DNA of 64,000 nt from the human T2T-CHM13v2.0 reference genome, Homo sapiens, in NCBI RefSeq assembly GCF_009914755.1, contig NC_060937.1; one strand, given 5' to 3'. This document shows positions 41,989-54,582 of this stretch, piece after piece; within the stretch, counting starts at the first letter, position 1; every line of letters starts with the position of its first letter. The position numbers were made by a program, and so were the translations under genes. The notes beneath the pieces were generated by a model. That model did no database searches. It saw only the letters and a program-made list of their open reading frames with translations, and was not told the origin of the DNA.

Positions 41989-42589
41989 GTGAGCAAATGC
42001 TGAAGCCCTTTTAACCAAAATATACCTTTAAGCATTAAAATGTTCTTCATTACAGGCTTAGATGACAGTGTCACTAACATGCACACATACTCCATGACAC
42101 ACACAAAACCATACACACAATTCTTCAAATCGCTCCATCCAGTTCTTCAGGTATAATAATGTAGTCTGAATCCGGCCCCCTTGTGTGATATTCTCAAGTT
42201 GTTACTTAAATCCAGTGTGAAATATGAGTTGTCTCTATGGCTGTTGCATAAATCTTTTCTATAAATGTCTAAGTTCACAGAAGTGGATTCTTCCAAAAAA
42301 ATTATTTGGCTCCAGACACACTATTCTAGGAGGTGTTTCACTCCACTGTGATGTCATGGAGACCAGGAATGGAGCAGGCATGCATGGAGTAACCTCCCTC
42401 AGGGTATCAATGACCAGTGTTGGAATCATTGCCTAATCTCAAGACCAGGGTACTTAAACTGCCACATCCTTACAATCCACTTAGGCTTGTCGCTTACTTT
42501 CTTCAGATGGTAGAAGACGATTTTCATTGAATTATTGACCATCAGTGCTTAGGTTATTAATTTAACAAATATTTGCTATGTGCCTAAGT

Positions 42590-44800
42590 AAAATGGCTTC
42601 CCAGGAATACATAAATTAGAAACATTGACTCAATAAAAGGCAGAAAACCTAAACAGCCTAGTAACTATTGGAGAAATTGAACAGTGGTTAAAAATCTACC
42701 AACGAAAAAGGAACCAGGCCCAGAAGTTTTTGATTTTATGGTATTAAGATGTCAATATTCATGAATGCACATGAGAAAGCAAGAAAAATCACAAAGGCAG
42801 TAATTTTTTTGAAGAATTATAACCTAACTAGTGTGTGGTAAACAGATATGGGATCATGAGATTTGGATTCACCACAAGGTATTTGGGAAGCTGAACTTGA
42901 GATTCCTGAATTGCATGTGGACCCCAAAAGAGGCTAAATGGTCCCAGAGCAGCGAACTAACTCTCCCAGCAGAAAAAAAGTGTTTGAGAGAAACATCCTT
43001 GATTTAGACTGTAAAGTTTCCAGAAAATTACATTCAAATGAATATTAGCTCACAGCTTAAAGAAATTTCCAAATATATGAGGAAACAAGCCACCAAGGAA
43101 AAAGCAAAACAATCAAACAGATACTAATTTCCAAGGACCTAGGATATGAGTATTGCAACTGTGACCAGGAAAATATGAGAAAGAAATGTTAAGTAAAATG
43201 AAATTCTAGAAACTAAAAATATAATAGTTAACATTAACTCAATGCATGAGTTAAACAGCAGATTATACACACCTGAAGAGAGATCTGAAAAAATTATAGT
43301 AAACATGTAGACCGGAGGTAAAGAGATTGGAGAAAAAAGGACATGATTTAACATACACTTGGATACTCAGAAAGTGAGAACAGAGAGAATGGTGGGAGTC
43401 ATTATTCAATGAGATAATGGCTACAGATTCTTAGAAGTAATAAAAGATATGAATTCGCAGACATCATCGGGAGCTCTATAAAAGCTAAGTAAAATACCTT
43501 GTGGTAAAACTGAAGAACCCCAAAGACAAAGATAAGAACCTAAAATCAGCCAGGAATAAAAAATCCCTTACAAAAAACAACAAATCAACTGCCAGCCACA
43601 GTGGACCAGTGACTGAAAAAAAATATTATTTTGCCCAGCAAAGCTTTCAAGAACAAGAGAAAACATGGTATTTTCAGATAAACCAAAACAGAATTTACTC
43701 ACAATAAATTTTCACCAAAGGAAGTTGCAAAGGATGTACATCAAAAAAAGAAAAATGATTCCAGAAGCAAGTTCTGAGAGGCAAGAAGGAATGGTGAGAA
43801 AAGCAGTTGGAAAATATGTAGGTAAACAAACATGATCTCTATGAAATAACAATGTCTATGATATGGGGTTTAAAAAATATAACTAAAACCAGACATCAAA
43901 CAGTTAGAAATATAATTTTTAAAAGATACTTTTTATGATAGGAAGAAACAAACCTAATGTAGGAATATATTAAGTGAAAAATGTGCAAAACATTTATGGA
44001 AAAAGCTGAAGCTTTATAGAATAGTAAAGAAGGCTGAAATAAATGGAAGAGTTATAGATATTTAGGGATAATAAGACTCAGTACTAAAAACACGTTATCC
44101 CCAAATAGAGCTATAAATTCAATGCGATTCTGGTGAAGATGCCAATAGAATTTTCTCAGAAACTTAATAAGCTGATTCTAAAATGTATATGGAAAAGGAG
44201 AAGATCCAAAATAGTCAAAATAAATCTGAAAAAAAAAAACCCTAACATAAAAGCCTTGCCCACCAGACATCAAGACTTACTATACAAAGTTAGAGAAGGT
44301 AATAAAGGTTGGTATTAAGTGCAAGGAAAGGCAAATCAACCAATGGAAGAGAAAACATAGTCCAGTTATTTTGTTCTCATGCACGTGGGAAAACTTGACA
44401 TTTTGACAGAATAGCACTGTGGATCAGTAGTGAAAGAATAGACTTTGGAATAAATGATGCTGAGACATTTAGTCATCCACAAGGAAAAAACAATAAAATC
44501 AGATTCCAGCTATATAAATGTCACCATCAGACACACAAAAAAATCATTTCCATTTTGATTAAAGATTTAAATATGAAAAGCAAAACTTTAAAGCTTTTAC
44601 AAGGAAGTGTAGAAGGCTCTCTGTATGACTTCATGGTAGGCAGACATATCTTAACTGCAAAGCAAAAAATATAAACAGTAAAGCAAAGTTTTATAAATTT
44701 GACAAAAGTGTAATATTTACATAAATATAAGATACTATCAATGAAATTAAAAGACAAGCCATTAACTGGAAGAAGATATTGCAGTGCTTAAAATAGTTGA
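42590..44800 (+). mobile_element. Old L1ME-like fragments; they continue at about 47300-47840 after MER44
   Basis: Degenerate ORF1/ORF2 motifs (LNKLILKCIWK in ORF 44133..44318). Confidence 0.6.
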
Positions 44801-45068
44801 ATAATATATATATATTATATATATATAGTAGTCGCTATAGATATATATACTATATATCTATATATCTACTATATAGATGTAGTAGATATATCTACTGTAT
44901 AGATATAGTAGACACTATATACATATATATATATATAGTAGTCATCCCTTATCCTTGGGAGATGCATTCCAAGACCTCCAGTGGATGCCCGAAACCATGG
45001 GTAGCACTGAACCTTATATACATTGTGTTTTTCTATACATGCATATCTATAATAAAGTTTAATTTATA

Positions 45069-46908
45069 GGGGTGGTGGCGCCTGAGGTCACCATGGCTAC
45101 CGAGCGCCAAACCGCAGAGCCGGTGGTGCCTTTGTTCGTGGATCAATACTTCACTCGCTGGTACAAAGCAGATGTCAAAGGAAGATCTTGTAAGGACCAC
45201 TGTATACCACAGCACTCTAACCGAATATGTGTCATCACATTGGCAGAATCTCATCCAGTTCTTCAGAGTGGAAAAACAATTAAAAGCATTCCCTGTCAGA
45301 TCAGTCCCAACTGTAGCAGACTTCAGAACAAGGTCTCTGGGAAATTTAAGTGGGGGGCACAGTTTCTAACAGAACTTGCACCTCTCTGTAAGATTTACTG
45401 CTCAGATGGCGAAGAATATACTGTATCTAGTTGTGTTAGAGGATGTTCGATGGAAGTGAATGAAAAACATTCTCCATAAGCCATCTATTCTTCAAGAAAA
45501 GCCATCACTGAAGGCTACATTGCAGTTGAGTTACCCAAATTTGAAGAAAGTAAAAACATAACAGAAGGGTTACTGACACAAAAACGGTATGAAGAAGTCA
45601 TGGTGAAATGCATTAATGCCACAACAGTGACGTCATGAGGACTGACATGGAGCAAAAAGCAAAGTGGGATTCTTGTTACCTGGCCTAAACCATCAGTGCA
45701 CGAAAGGAGAAGAACCAGTATCTGTGAAGCATACTTCACAGCCATAGGCCGAGGAGGCCTGGTGCTTCACTTACCTTCGTTTCCCCTCTCTGGCTTGCAT
45801 AATGAGCCTTGGTTCCCATTTGTCTTCAGCCTGCCAGATCTGGCCTGCCCATGTACTTACCCTGTTCTCTTGCATCTCTCTAACAACTGGCATGCAAGGA
45901 ATGTTTTTCTGATTAAAAACAAACAAACAAAGCTCTTCAAAGAAAATTTAGAAAGTATAGAAAAGTTTTAAGTAGCTAAGTAAAAATAATTTACGCATTA
46001 TCCCATAATCCAGAAGTAAATACATTTGACCCTTGAATAACATGGGTTTAAACTGTTAGAGGGTACCATAAACGAATCAAAAATATATCATTAACCAAAC
46101 ACAAAACCCACTTATAGAGCAGGCTGACTTTTCATATACTCAGTTTCCAAAGAGCCGACTGCAGGACTTGAGTTATGTGTGTATTTGGGTATATGTGGAA
46201 GGTCCTGGAACCGATCCCCCATGTAAACCAAGGGCTAACTGTACTACATTTTAACCTACTTCTGTTTGAACATTATGGTATGGTTATTGCTTTTGCCTCA
46301 TTGTCCTATTAGTTTGAAGTTTAAAAAAACCTAACCCGCCTTTCTTACCCAATCTGCTATAATGTGACGACCAAAAAGTCTAGTCCCAGCCCATCTGCCT
46401 CAACTCCTCTCCCTTTTAGGTTGTAGGGAAGAGGCTGGAGTGCAGATTATATCTTCTGCCCTCCTTATGCCAACAAGATGGCCTTCCCCTCTGAAACAAA
46501 GTAAAACTGCAACACTGTGACTGCTTAAATGAGGGATATGTGAAAAGGCTATGAAAAATACAAAAGCTTTCCTAGGAAATGTATTATAATGCAGTGGGAA
46601 GCTAATTACTGAAATATGCATATTGTAGTCACTCAGTCTCACATACTCTAGTTACCAGCAAATAAGTTACTGAGAATATGTCATTCAAAGGCGTAGAAGC
46701 CTTTGAAAGGAGCAAATGCTTTCACATCATTTAAACTAAAAAAAAAAAAAAAACTCCAACAACTATGAATTTATAGTTTAAGATCAGTTAACACTGAATT
46801 TCAAATAAAAGGACTATAAAACTTGTCATTTTTCTGTAAGGGCTGTAACACATAAATACATTTCAATATCCCTGTTTTTAAATAAAATACACATTTATAC
46901 AGAAAAAA
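45069..46908 (+). pseudogene. FAM206BP: Processed pseudogene of ABITRAM/FAM206A (Simiate), with short 5' UTR, CDS-like 45093-45638 and about 1.26 kb of 3' UTR
   Basis: Intronless translation [25 protein letters not shown]...[18 protein letters not shown]...INATTVTS matches recalled ABITRAM; +1 and -1 frameshifts with a TAA at 45477; AATAAA at 46881 followed by an A-tail remnant; degenerate TSD (45054-45068 / 46906-46915). Confidence 0.92.
46023..46241. mobile_element. MER8-like (Tigger-derived MITE) within the pseudogene 3' UTR
   Basis: TA|catttgacccttgaa ... ccaagggctaactg|TA inverted termini; body matches recalled MER8. Confidence 0.75.
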
Positions 46909-48337
46909 GTTTATAAATTAGGCACAGTAAGAGATAACTAATAATAACTAACAATAACTAATAACTAATAAAATAATAATAACTAATAATAAAATGAGAT
47001 AATTATAACAGTATGCCAGTATCACTACTGTTGCACTTTGGGGCAATATTAAGTAAAATAAGGGTTACCTAAACAAGTACTGCAATACCACAACAGTTGA
47101 TTTGATAACTCAGAGGGCAACAATGGGTAGCGTCTACAATGTGGATACATTGGACAAAGAGATAATTCCTGTCCCAGGTGGGCAGTTTAAAACTTACAAA
47201 TTGCTTATTTACGGGATTTTTCACTTATTATTTTTGGACCACAGTTGATAACTGAAACTGTGGAAAGCAATACCTTCGATAAGAGGACACTACTGTATAT
47301 CTTCCATAAATCAATAAGAAAAGATATAAACCATAGACAAGTAGATAAGTGATAGGAATATGAAATTCATGAATGACGATATACAGATAGGTGATAAACA
47401 TGAAGAATGTAATATCACTAGTAATCAAGAAACTGCAATGTAAAATAGCAACAATCTTTTTTTAACTTACCTATTTTTATCAAAATTTAAAAGACTGATA
47501 TTGTGCTAGCTTTGGATGCCCAAAAATATGACTATCATCATGTATCATTGTTGGTACTATAAATTGGTGAAAGCTTCTTGGAAGGCAATTTGACAGTTTC
47601 TTAGACTTTAAAAGAGCACCTTAAATCTCAGGAATCTGTCTTATAGAAATAGTTACATGTAAACACAAAGTTAGATACAGGGATTATAACTGCAGCCTAA
47701 ATCTGCCTCAGTCAGAGAGTGGTAAAATAACTTATGGCATATTCATACTATAAAACATTATGATGCTGTTAATAAGAATGAAGTAAAACAAAATGTTTTG
47801 ACATGGAAAGTTGTCCAAGACATTTTATTAAGTAAAAAAAGCAAATTGTTCCCACAGACACATACATACACAGTGAGGGTGCACACATGTGAGAAAGATT
47901 CCATTTCTGTAAGAAACAGTTACTTATCTAGGAGCTGGAGGGGACAACCCAAGGGAAGAGCTTTAGTTATTCTAGGGAGAGGAGTTCCAGTGATTGAAGA
48001 GAGGAATAAGCAGGAATCTCTGTGTTTTTCTCTCTATATTTCCTTATTGTTTGGAAATTTTACAAGGACTCATTTTCATGTAAATAAAAACTGACACAAG
48101 TGAATTATAAATAAAAGCAGCTGGAGGAGGAGCTGATAACAAATAGTTGGGGACATAGGGGAAAGATTCAGGGATGAAATAGTATTTGAGAAGGGTCTTG
48201 AAGGACCAGTAAAATTTGGAACTATGTCTTGTGTTCAAGGGACATTCCAGAAAGAGGAAACAAAATGGGAAAAGAGGGATGTGTACAAAGAGAAAAATAA
48301 ATATTCAGCCAGAACAAAACATCCATAAAGGGTAGTG

Positions 48338-48636
48338 GACCGGGCGCGGTGGCTCACTCCTGTAATCCCAGCACTTTGGAAGGCTGAGGTGGCAGATCAT
48401 GAGGTCAGGAGATCGAGACAATCCTGGCTAATGTGGTGAAACCCTGTCTCTACTAAAAATACAAAAAATTAGCGGGGCGTGCTGGCGGGCACCTGTAGTC
48501 CCAGCTACTCAGGAGGCTGAGGCAGGAGAATCACTTGAACCCAGGAGCCTGAGGTTGCAGTGAGCCAAGATTGTGCCACTGCACTCCAGCCTGGGCAACA
48601 GAGTGAGAATCTGCCTTAAAAAAAAAAAAAAAAAAA
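48338..48636 (+). mobile_element. Alu (AluSc/Y-like)
   Basis: Full dimer; TSD-like aaagggtagtg / aaagagtagcg. Confidence 0.92.
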
Positions 48637-48646
48637 GAGTAGCGGT

Positions 48647-48980
<334 letters not shown>

Positions 48981-49709
48981 TTAGCTAGTTGTCCATTGGA
49001 GATCACTGAATGCATTGGAAGTTTTTTTCTTCAGGCCTTGAGAGTCACTGAGTCCAAATAGCACAAATAGACCTGGCAGTATGTCACAGATAGACTAGTG
49101 CAGGGGAAGGCTGGGTGGAGGTCAGTTAAAACACTCATGTCCATAACAGGTAAGGAGGGATTGATCCAAAGTAATAAGTATGGGTATGAACAGGCAGGAA
49201 ATGCAAGACAAATTATGGAGGTAAAATTAACATACCTAGGTATGTGAGCCGAGTGAGAGAGGGAGGATGAAAAATGACAAAGGGTTCAATCTCATCAAAG
49301 ATGACTGTGACATTAGTAAAAATAAGAACAGTGAGGGAGGGATTTGTCACCCAACCACTGTCATCCTCCAGTGTCTGCCCTTGGCTTTAATCCTGAATTG
49401 CTAGCTACTGAAAATTTCGGTACTGTCCTACTTTCGCTGAGTTCTTTGGATTGCAGCTCAGCTGTAGGCTTGCACTAAAGTCACTCTAAGCTCAGCTACT
49501 GCTGTCACTCCAATGGCTGCCCTGTCAATTAGCAGCTATGTATGTCTTTTCTGTCCTGTACAACTTATCATTGCTGTCTGCCTCTCTCTGTCTCTCTACC
49601 CACATTGTATCACCTCAGACAGAGAATCCACTTCCATTGAGAATGGGGTCAGAAGACTCATGTTCCACAGATTTTTACCTTGACTTCCTTGAGCATAAGA
49701 ATGATAGAA

Positions 49710-50945
49710 ATTTTTGTTTGTTTTTATTTTTTTCTTTTATTTTTAGTTGGCACATAATTATACATATTTGTAACATACAGGGTGATATTTCAATACATGT
49801 ATATAGTATGTAATGATAAAATCAGCTTAGTATATCCATCACCTTATTTATCATTTCTTTGTGTTGTGAACATTTAAAATCTTCTAGCTTTTTGAAAATA
49901 CACAATAAATTATTGTTAACTATATTCACCTACAGTGCTATAGAACACTAAAACTCCTATCTACCTGTGATTTTTTTTCCATTTTTAACCTCTCCTATCC
50001 TCCTCTTCCTCTTACCCTTCCCAGCCTCTAATAACCACAATTCTACTCTCTACTTCCATGAGCTCAATTTGTTTTTAGTTTCCACATGAGTGCCGTTCTG
50101 TGCCTGACTTATTTCACTTAACATAGTGTCCTCTAGGATCATCCCTGTTGCCACAAATGACAAGATTTTATTCCTTTTATAGCTGAATAGTATTCCATTG
50201 TGTGTACATACCATATTTTCTTTATCCATTCATCTGTTGATAAACATTTAGGTCAACTCCATATCTTGGCGATTGTGAATAGAGCTGCAATAAATATGGG
50301 GGTGCAGCTGTCCCTTCAATATACTGATCTCCTTTGCTTTGGATAAATACCCAGTAATGAGATTGCTGGATAGTATGATAGCCTTATTTTTAGTTTTTTG
50401 AGAAACCGCCATCCTCCATTCTGATGGCTGTACTAATTTACATTTACCACTGAAACTGTGTAAGAGTTGCTTCTTTTCTGCGTCTTTACCAGCATTTTTT
50501 ACTTTTTGTCTTTTTTATAATAGCCATTCTCACTAGAGTAAGATATCTTATTATGGTTTTGATTTGCATTTCCCTAAATATTAGTGATGTTGAGCATTTT
50601 TTCATATACTTATTGGCCAATTTATATGTCTTGTTTTGAGAATATCTATTCTTTGATCATTTTAAAATCAGATTTTTTTTTTTTGCTGTTGAATTAAGTT
50701 CATCATATATTCATTAGTGCCTTGTCAGATGAATACTTTGCAAATATTTACTCCCATTCTGTAGGCTGTTGATTCTGTTGATTTTTCCTCTGCAGTGCAG
50801 TAGGTTTTTAATTCGAGATTAGTCCCATTTGTCTATTTTTATTTTTGTTGCTTATGCTTTTCAAGTCTTAGCCATAAAATCTTTGCCTAGGTCAATGTCC
50901 TGAAACATTTCCACTGTGTTTTCTTCCAGTGGTTTTATAGTTTGT
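49710..50945 (-). mobile_element. L1MA-like 3' portion
   Basis: Typical reverse-strand L1MA 3' UTR and ORF2 end. Confidence 0.82.
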
Positions 50946-51605
50946 TTAAATACTTAAACATATTCTTATAATCTGATGATTGTGAAATGGTATTTCTTTG
51001 CTATTTTGTTTTGTATTCCCCGATTACTAGGGAGATTGAAAAGCTTTACCTGTGTTCTCTTGACATTCATTTTTTCTTCTTCTGTGAATAGTCTATTCCT
51101 GTACTAATGTTAATGTACTAATGGATTAATATTTTTTAACTGATTTCTAACCATTTAAAAATACATTATGGACTCTAATTCCATACTAGGTTATGATAGT
51201 ACCTTTATTTTTTTAAATGATATATTTATTTTGTATCATAAAAAATAACATGTTTATTATAAAAAATTAGAAAATAAAGAAACACATTATAAAGAAACAT
51301 AAAACCCCTGTGATCACATTTCCCAAGAATAATAACTATTTTCAATTTGGGATCTATCATTAGAGTTTTTTCTTGTTATGCATATATACCTTTCTGTTTT
51401 AAAAAGCTAGGATTGTATTATACATATACCTACTTTATTGTTCAGCTTTTTTAGCGTTTAGTCTTTCACTTAATGGGTAGCACTCACCTAGCTGGTAAGC
51501 TCAATGAAGGTAAGGGCAGTATTTTATACTATTTGGAGTCTTGCATAGCACAGAGTCTTTAGTAAAAATTTATTAAATATTGACTTGCTGTTTCCTCCAT
51601 TTCAG

Positions 51606-51819
51606 CACATCCAGGTGTGAATGGTGTCATGGTCCCAAGTTTGGTGAAGGTTTTCGTGTCATCCGATCCTGTGATATTTTTGGAGCATCACAGCTTCCAG
51701 TTATGTTTTATGTCTGTTCTCCTTCTTGCTATAGAAGAATAAAGGAAAGCAGTTTTGTTTTAGATGGTAGTCCTAGTAGAAGAATAGCTCTAGATGTGGA
51801 GTTGTCAAAAGAATTATAG
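51606..51819 (+). CDS. LRRC63: LRRC63 last coding exon, Cys-rich C-terminus: (C)TSRCEWCHG...VCSPSCYRR...LSKEL*
   Basis: tttcctccatttcAG acceptor; phase matches the upstream donor (TG|C = Cys); TAG stop at 51817-51819. Confidence 0.88.
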
Positions 51820-51834
51820 TACAATGATTTATCG

Positions 51835-51836
51835 TA

Positions 51837-51881
<45 letters not shown>

Positions 51882-51912
51882 ATTTATATATATATATTCA
51901 TATATATATATA
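51835..51912. repeat. (TG)n(TA)n microsatellite in the proximal LRRC63 3' UTR
   Basis: Directly visible. Confidence 0.95.
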
Positions 51913-52110
51913 AACTTTACTGGCTTTTACTGCATATATATCTGCATATAGTAATTCATCTCTTTGAAAGTAGAGGTTCTGTTTGGAAGACATAAGTGTC
52001 TTCTCATACGAATTATCTTTGTAATTCTAGCTCCTTATGAAAGTTTGTGATTGTTTGGGAATTGTTGCAGAATAATTACTCAAGGAGGATTAGTAAAGCC
52101 TTTAGATTTG

Positions 52111-52373
52111 AATAAAGCTCTAGAAAATTTCTTTCAGAGCCTGTTTACTATAAAAGGAAAAATGTTGGAATCCTTTGCAAAATGGGTTATGTCTTACAAC
52201 TGGTCTTTTCATGCATCCATACTAAGTGATGAGATAGCATTGCAGAGTCATCAGTGGGGTATGTGCTGCATAGAGCTTCAATGTCACACATCCAAGTGCT
52301 CAATGCTTGTGCATTTCTGTGGAAATCTGACCAGCACCTTCCATCTCAATTGTAGGTTGTTTTGGGGAATAAA
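52111..52373 (+). terminator. Candidate LRRC63 polyadenylation signals (AATAAA at 52111-52116 and 52368-52373)
   Basis: Canonical hexamers 0.3-0.55 kb after the stop; the second is followed by a GT/T-rich tract (tttgtttgttt). Which one is used cannot be seen from sequence. Confidence 0.45.
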
Positions 52374-53531
52374 AGATTAATTCTATCCCCATTTGTTTGT
52401 TTAAATTAATGTCCCAGGTTCTTAGAGAACTGGTACAGTCTTTAATTGTTACCTTGAACTTCATGTCCTAAAGCTGAGCAACTGGACATTAGTCTGATTC
52501 CATAGGCTAGCACCAGCATCTACCAAGGCCTACAGTGATAGCCTGACACAAAAATAAAATACAGCTTACAAAATAACATTGCAAAGCAGCATATACATAT
52601 AGTAAAACTTACTTTAAGAATTAACGTTTGGTAAGAGAAAGATAAAAGGGCATTTTGATATACAAACAACTTTAGAATGGCATAGAATTGTTTCACATAT
52701 CTTTACACACAGTTCACTTAAATCTCAAATATCATTGCTAAATTTAGTGATATGAAATGATTTACACAGCTATCATCATTAATGTCAGAAAATATACATT
52801 GTCATGTTTGTGTGTATCTTTTAGTGATATCATTTAAATAAAGATAAATCAGGCAGAATAATTTTTCTATTGATTTCAATAAATTGCAATGCTTACACGC
52901 TTTTCCTTGAGACTCTGTTTCATTTTTCAGCAGAATCAGGTAAACTTTACTTTGCTTGATAAGTATACACTATATTCTCCAGCATAAGAATAAAATTATT
53001 TATAATGAGAGAAGTAACTACCATATTACACATGCATGCAGAAAGGGATATTTATAGTATGATAAATTAATTCATTAAAATGTAATATACTCATAATTAG
53101 AAAACAAGATGAAGAAAATAATACTAACTCCCTGTGGCATATAGTTTATTAATACTCACCCTTGTTCCTGAAATATTTCTTGGGGAAGAAATATGTTTAT
53201 TTATTTATTCAAAACATGTTGGGTTTTGGTTTAACTGAGTAATTTCTCAATGAAATAGGAAATAAAAAAGAATAGCTTTCAAGGGAAATGACAAATTCTG
53301 AGGGACGTTTCAAAACTAAATATACCTAGATACTTAGACAAATATGAAATATACTTAGAACCCAATCTCTTCATGCTTAGTATAAACCTTGAATCTGAGT
53401 GATCTCTTATAGATCTTCCAAAAAAAGTAACTTACAGTATTTTTTAATGAAAGTAAGACATATTTATTATAGAAATATTAGAAAATACAACTAAACCTAA
53501 GAAGAAAACAAAATCCTCCTTGTAATGCCTC

Positions 53532-54031
53532 TGTAACTCAGGTTCAGTCATCCACTGCTTGCAGAGTCTGAATAACAAGAGCAAGGTCTGGTGGGAAAAA
53601 AAAAGTGACTTAATTCAAGAGCTACCCGAGGGGAAGTAGTACAGGCTCCTGCCCTGAGATACCACTTCAGCCTTCAGGGCAGAAGGCAAGGGCTTTTAAA
53701 GGGGGGATGGGGAGGAGGGGAGGAGGTGCGGGGTCTGTGTGACTTGCTTCAGATGTCTTATCTATCATGTGGTCTGGCTGGCGCCATGGCAGGCAGCTAC
53801 GTTGTAAATTGAGGCAATCTCTTAGTGGGTGAGAGTTCCAGAGGGGCCTGATTTGCTTCAAGTTTTGGTCTCTGCAACTTCTAAGTAAACACATAGATAA
53901 GCTTGCCATACCTGATGGAGAGAAGGTAAAGGTTATAATTGCATTCCTAAAGAGCTAAGTAGGAAGCGGGGGAAAAGGAAAAAGAAAAAAAAATCATTTT
54001 TTTCCTTTTAAAAATGGGGTACTCGGCTACA
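53532..54031 (-). mobile_element. ERV1-class solo LTR (MER4 group, possibly LTR23/LTR24-like)
   Basis: 500 bp with TG...CA termini; reverse strand begins TGTAGCCGAGTACCCCATTTT; subfamily uncertain. Confidence 0.65.
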
Positions 54032-54518
54032 CCATCAACCAATGAAAGTCAGAGGCAATCATTTCAACATGTGTATGTGTGCATACATTTGTGTAATACA
54101 TATGTGTAATACATTTATATAATGTATTACTTTTTTTAAAAATGGGATTATCTGCCTCACACCACAACAAAGATTAATTTCCAATTTTAGGCCTAAAGGT
54201 CTAAGTTGAAATATAAAAATAAATAGCTATGGTCTTTAAAAAATCAGATTTAGATTTTTTTAAAAGCGGGTAATGAAACCTCAAAGAAAAGATGAACAAA
54301 TTTACCATGTAAAAAATTTTTAAATGTCTGTCGAGCAAAAATAACCAAAAATAAAGACAAGCAGCACACTGGGGAACATATCTATACTATATATGACCAG
54401 AAAGAATGAGGTTTTCAACAACAACAACAACAAAAAATATATATATATGTTGTGCATGTGTCTCCTGGCACAACTCATTCAGGACTCAAACTGTGTCATC
54501 AAGGCATTATCTAGTTTT

Positions 54519-54582
54519 CTGTCTATCTAATCTAGCTCACTCTATCTATTTATCTATCTATCTATCTATCTATCATCTATCT
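54519..54582. repeat. Imperfect (TCTA)n inside an old MLT1-like LTR (about 54445-54950)
   Basis: Repeat directly visible; flanking cattggctcagcctgggtcac motif. Confidence 0.75.

Larger units (their letters stand above)
44936..47295 (-). mobile_element. MER44B-like (TcMar-Tigger) DNA transposon split by the pseudogene: 44936-45068 and 46906-47295
   Basis: Termini agtagtcatcccttatc / gataagaggacactactg flanked by TA; the halves rejoin as ...aaagtttaatttata|aattaggcacagtaagaga... Confidence 0.85.

Noticed and set aside
45060-45093. In-frame LRRC63-ABITRAM fusion via the AG at 45068-45069
   Set aside because: Splicing from 41988 gives W-G-G-G-A-stop, out of frame with the ATG at 45093, and the polypyrimidine tract is poor.
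51738-51743. AATAAA inside the last coding exon
   Set aside because: It arises from the codons AGA ATA AAG; its use would create a non-stop mRNA, and nothing in the sequence supports it.
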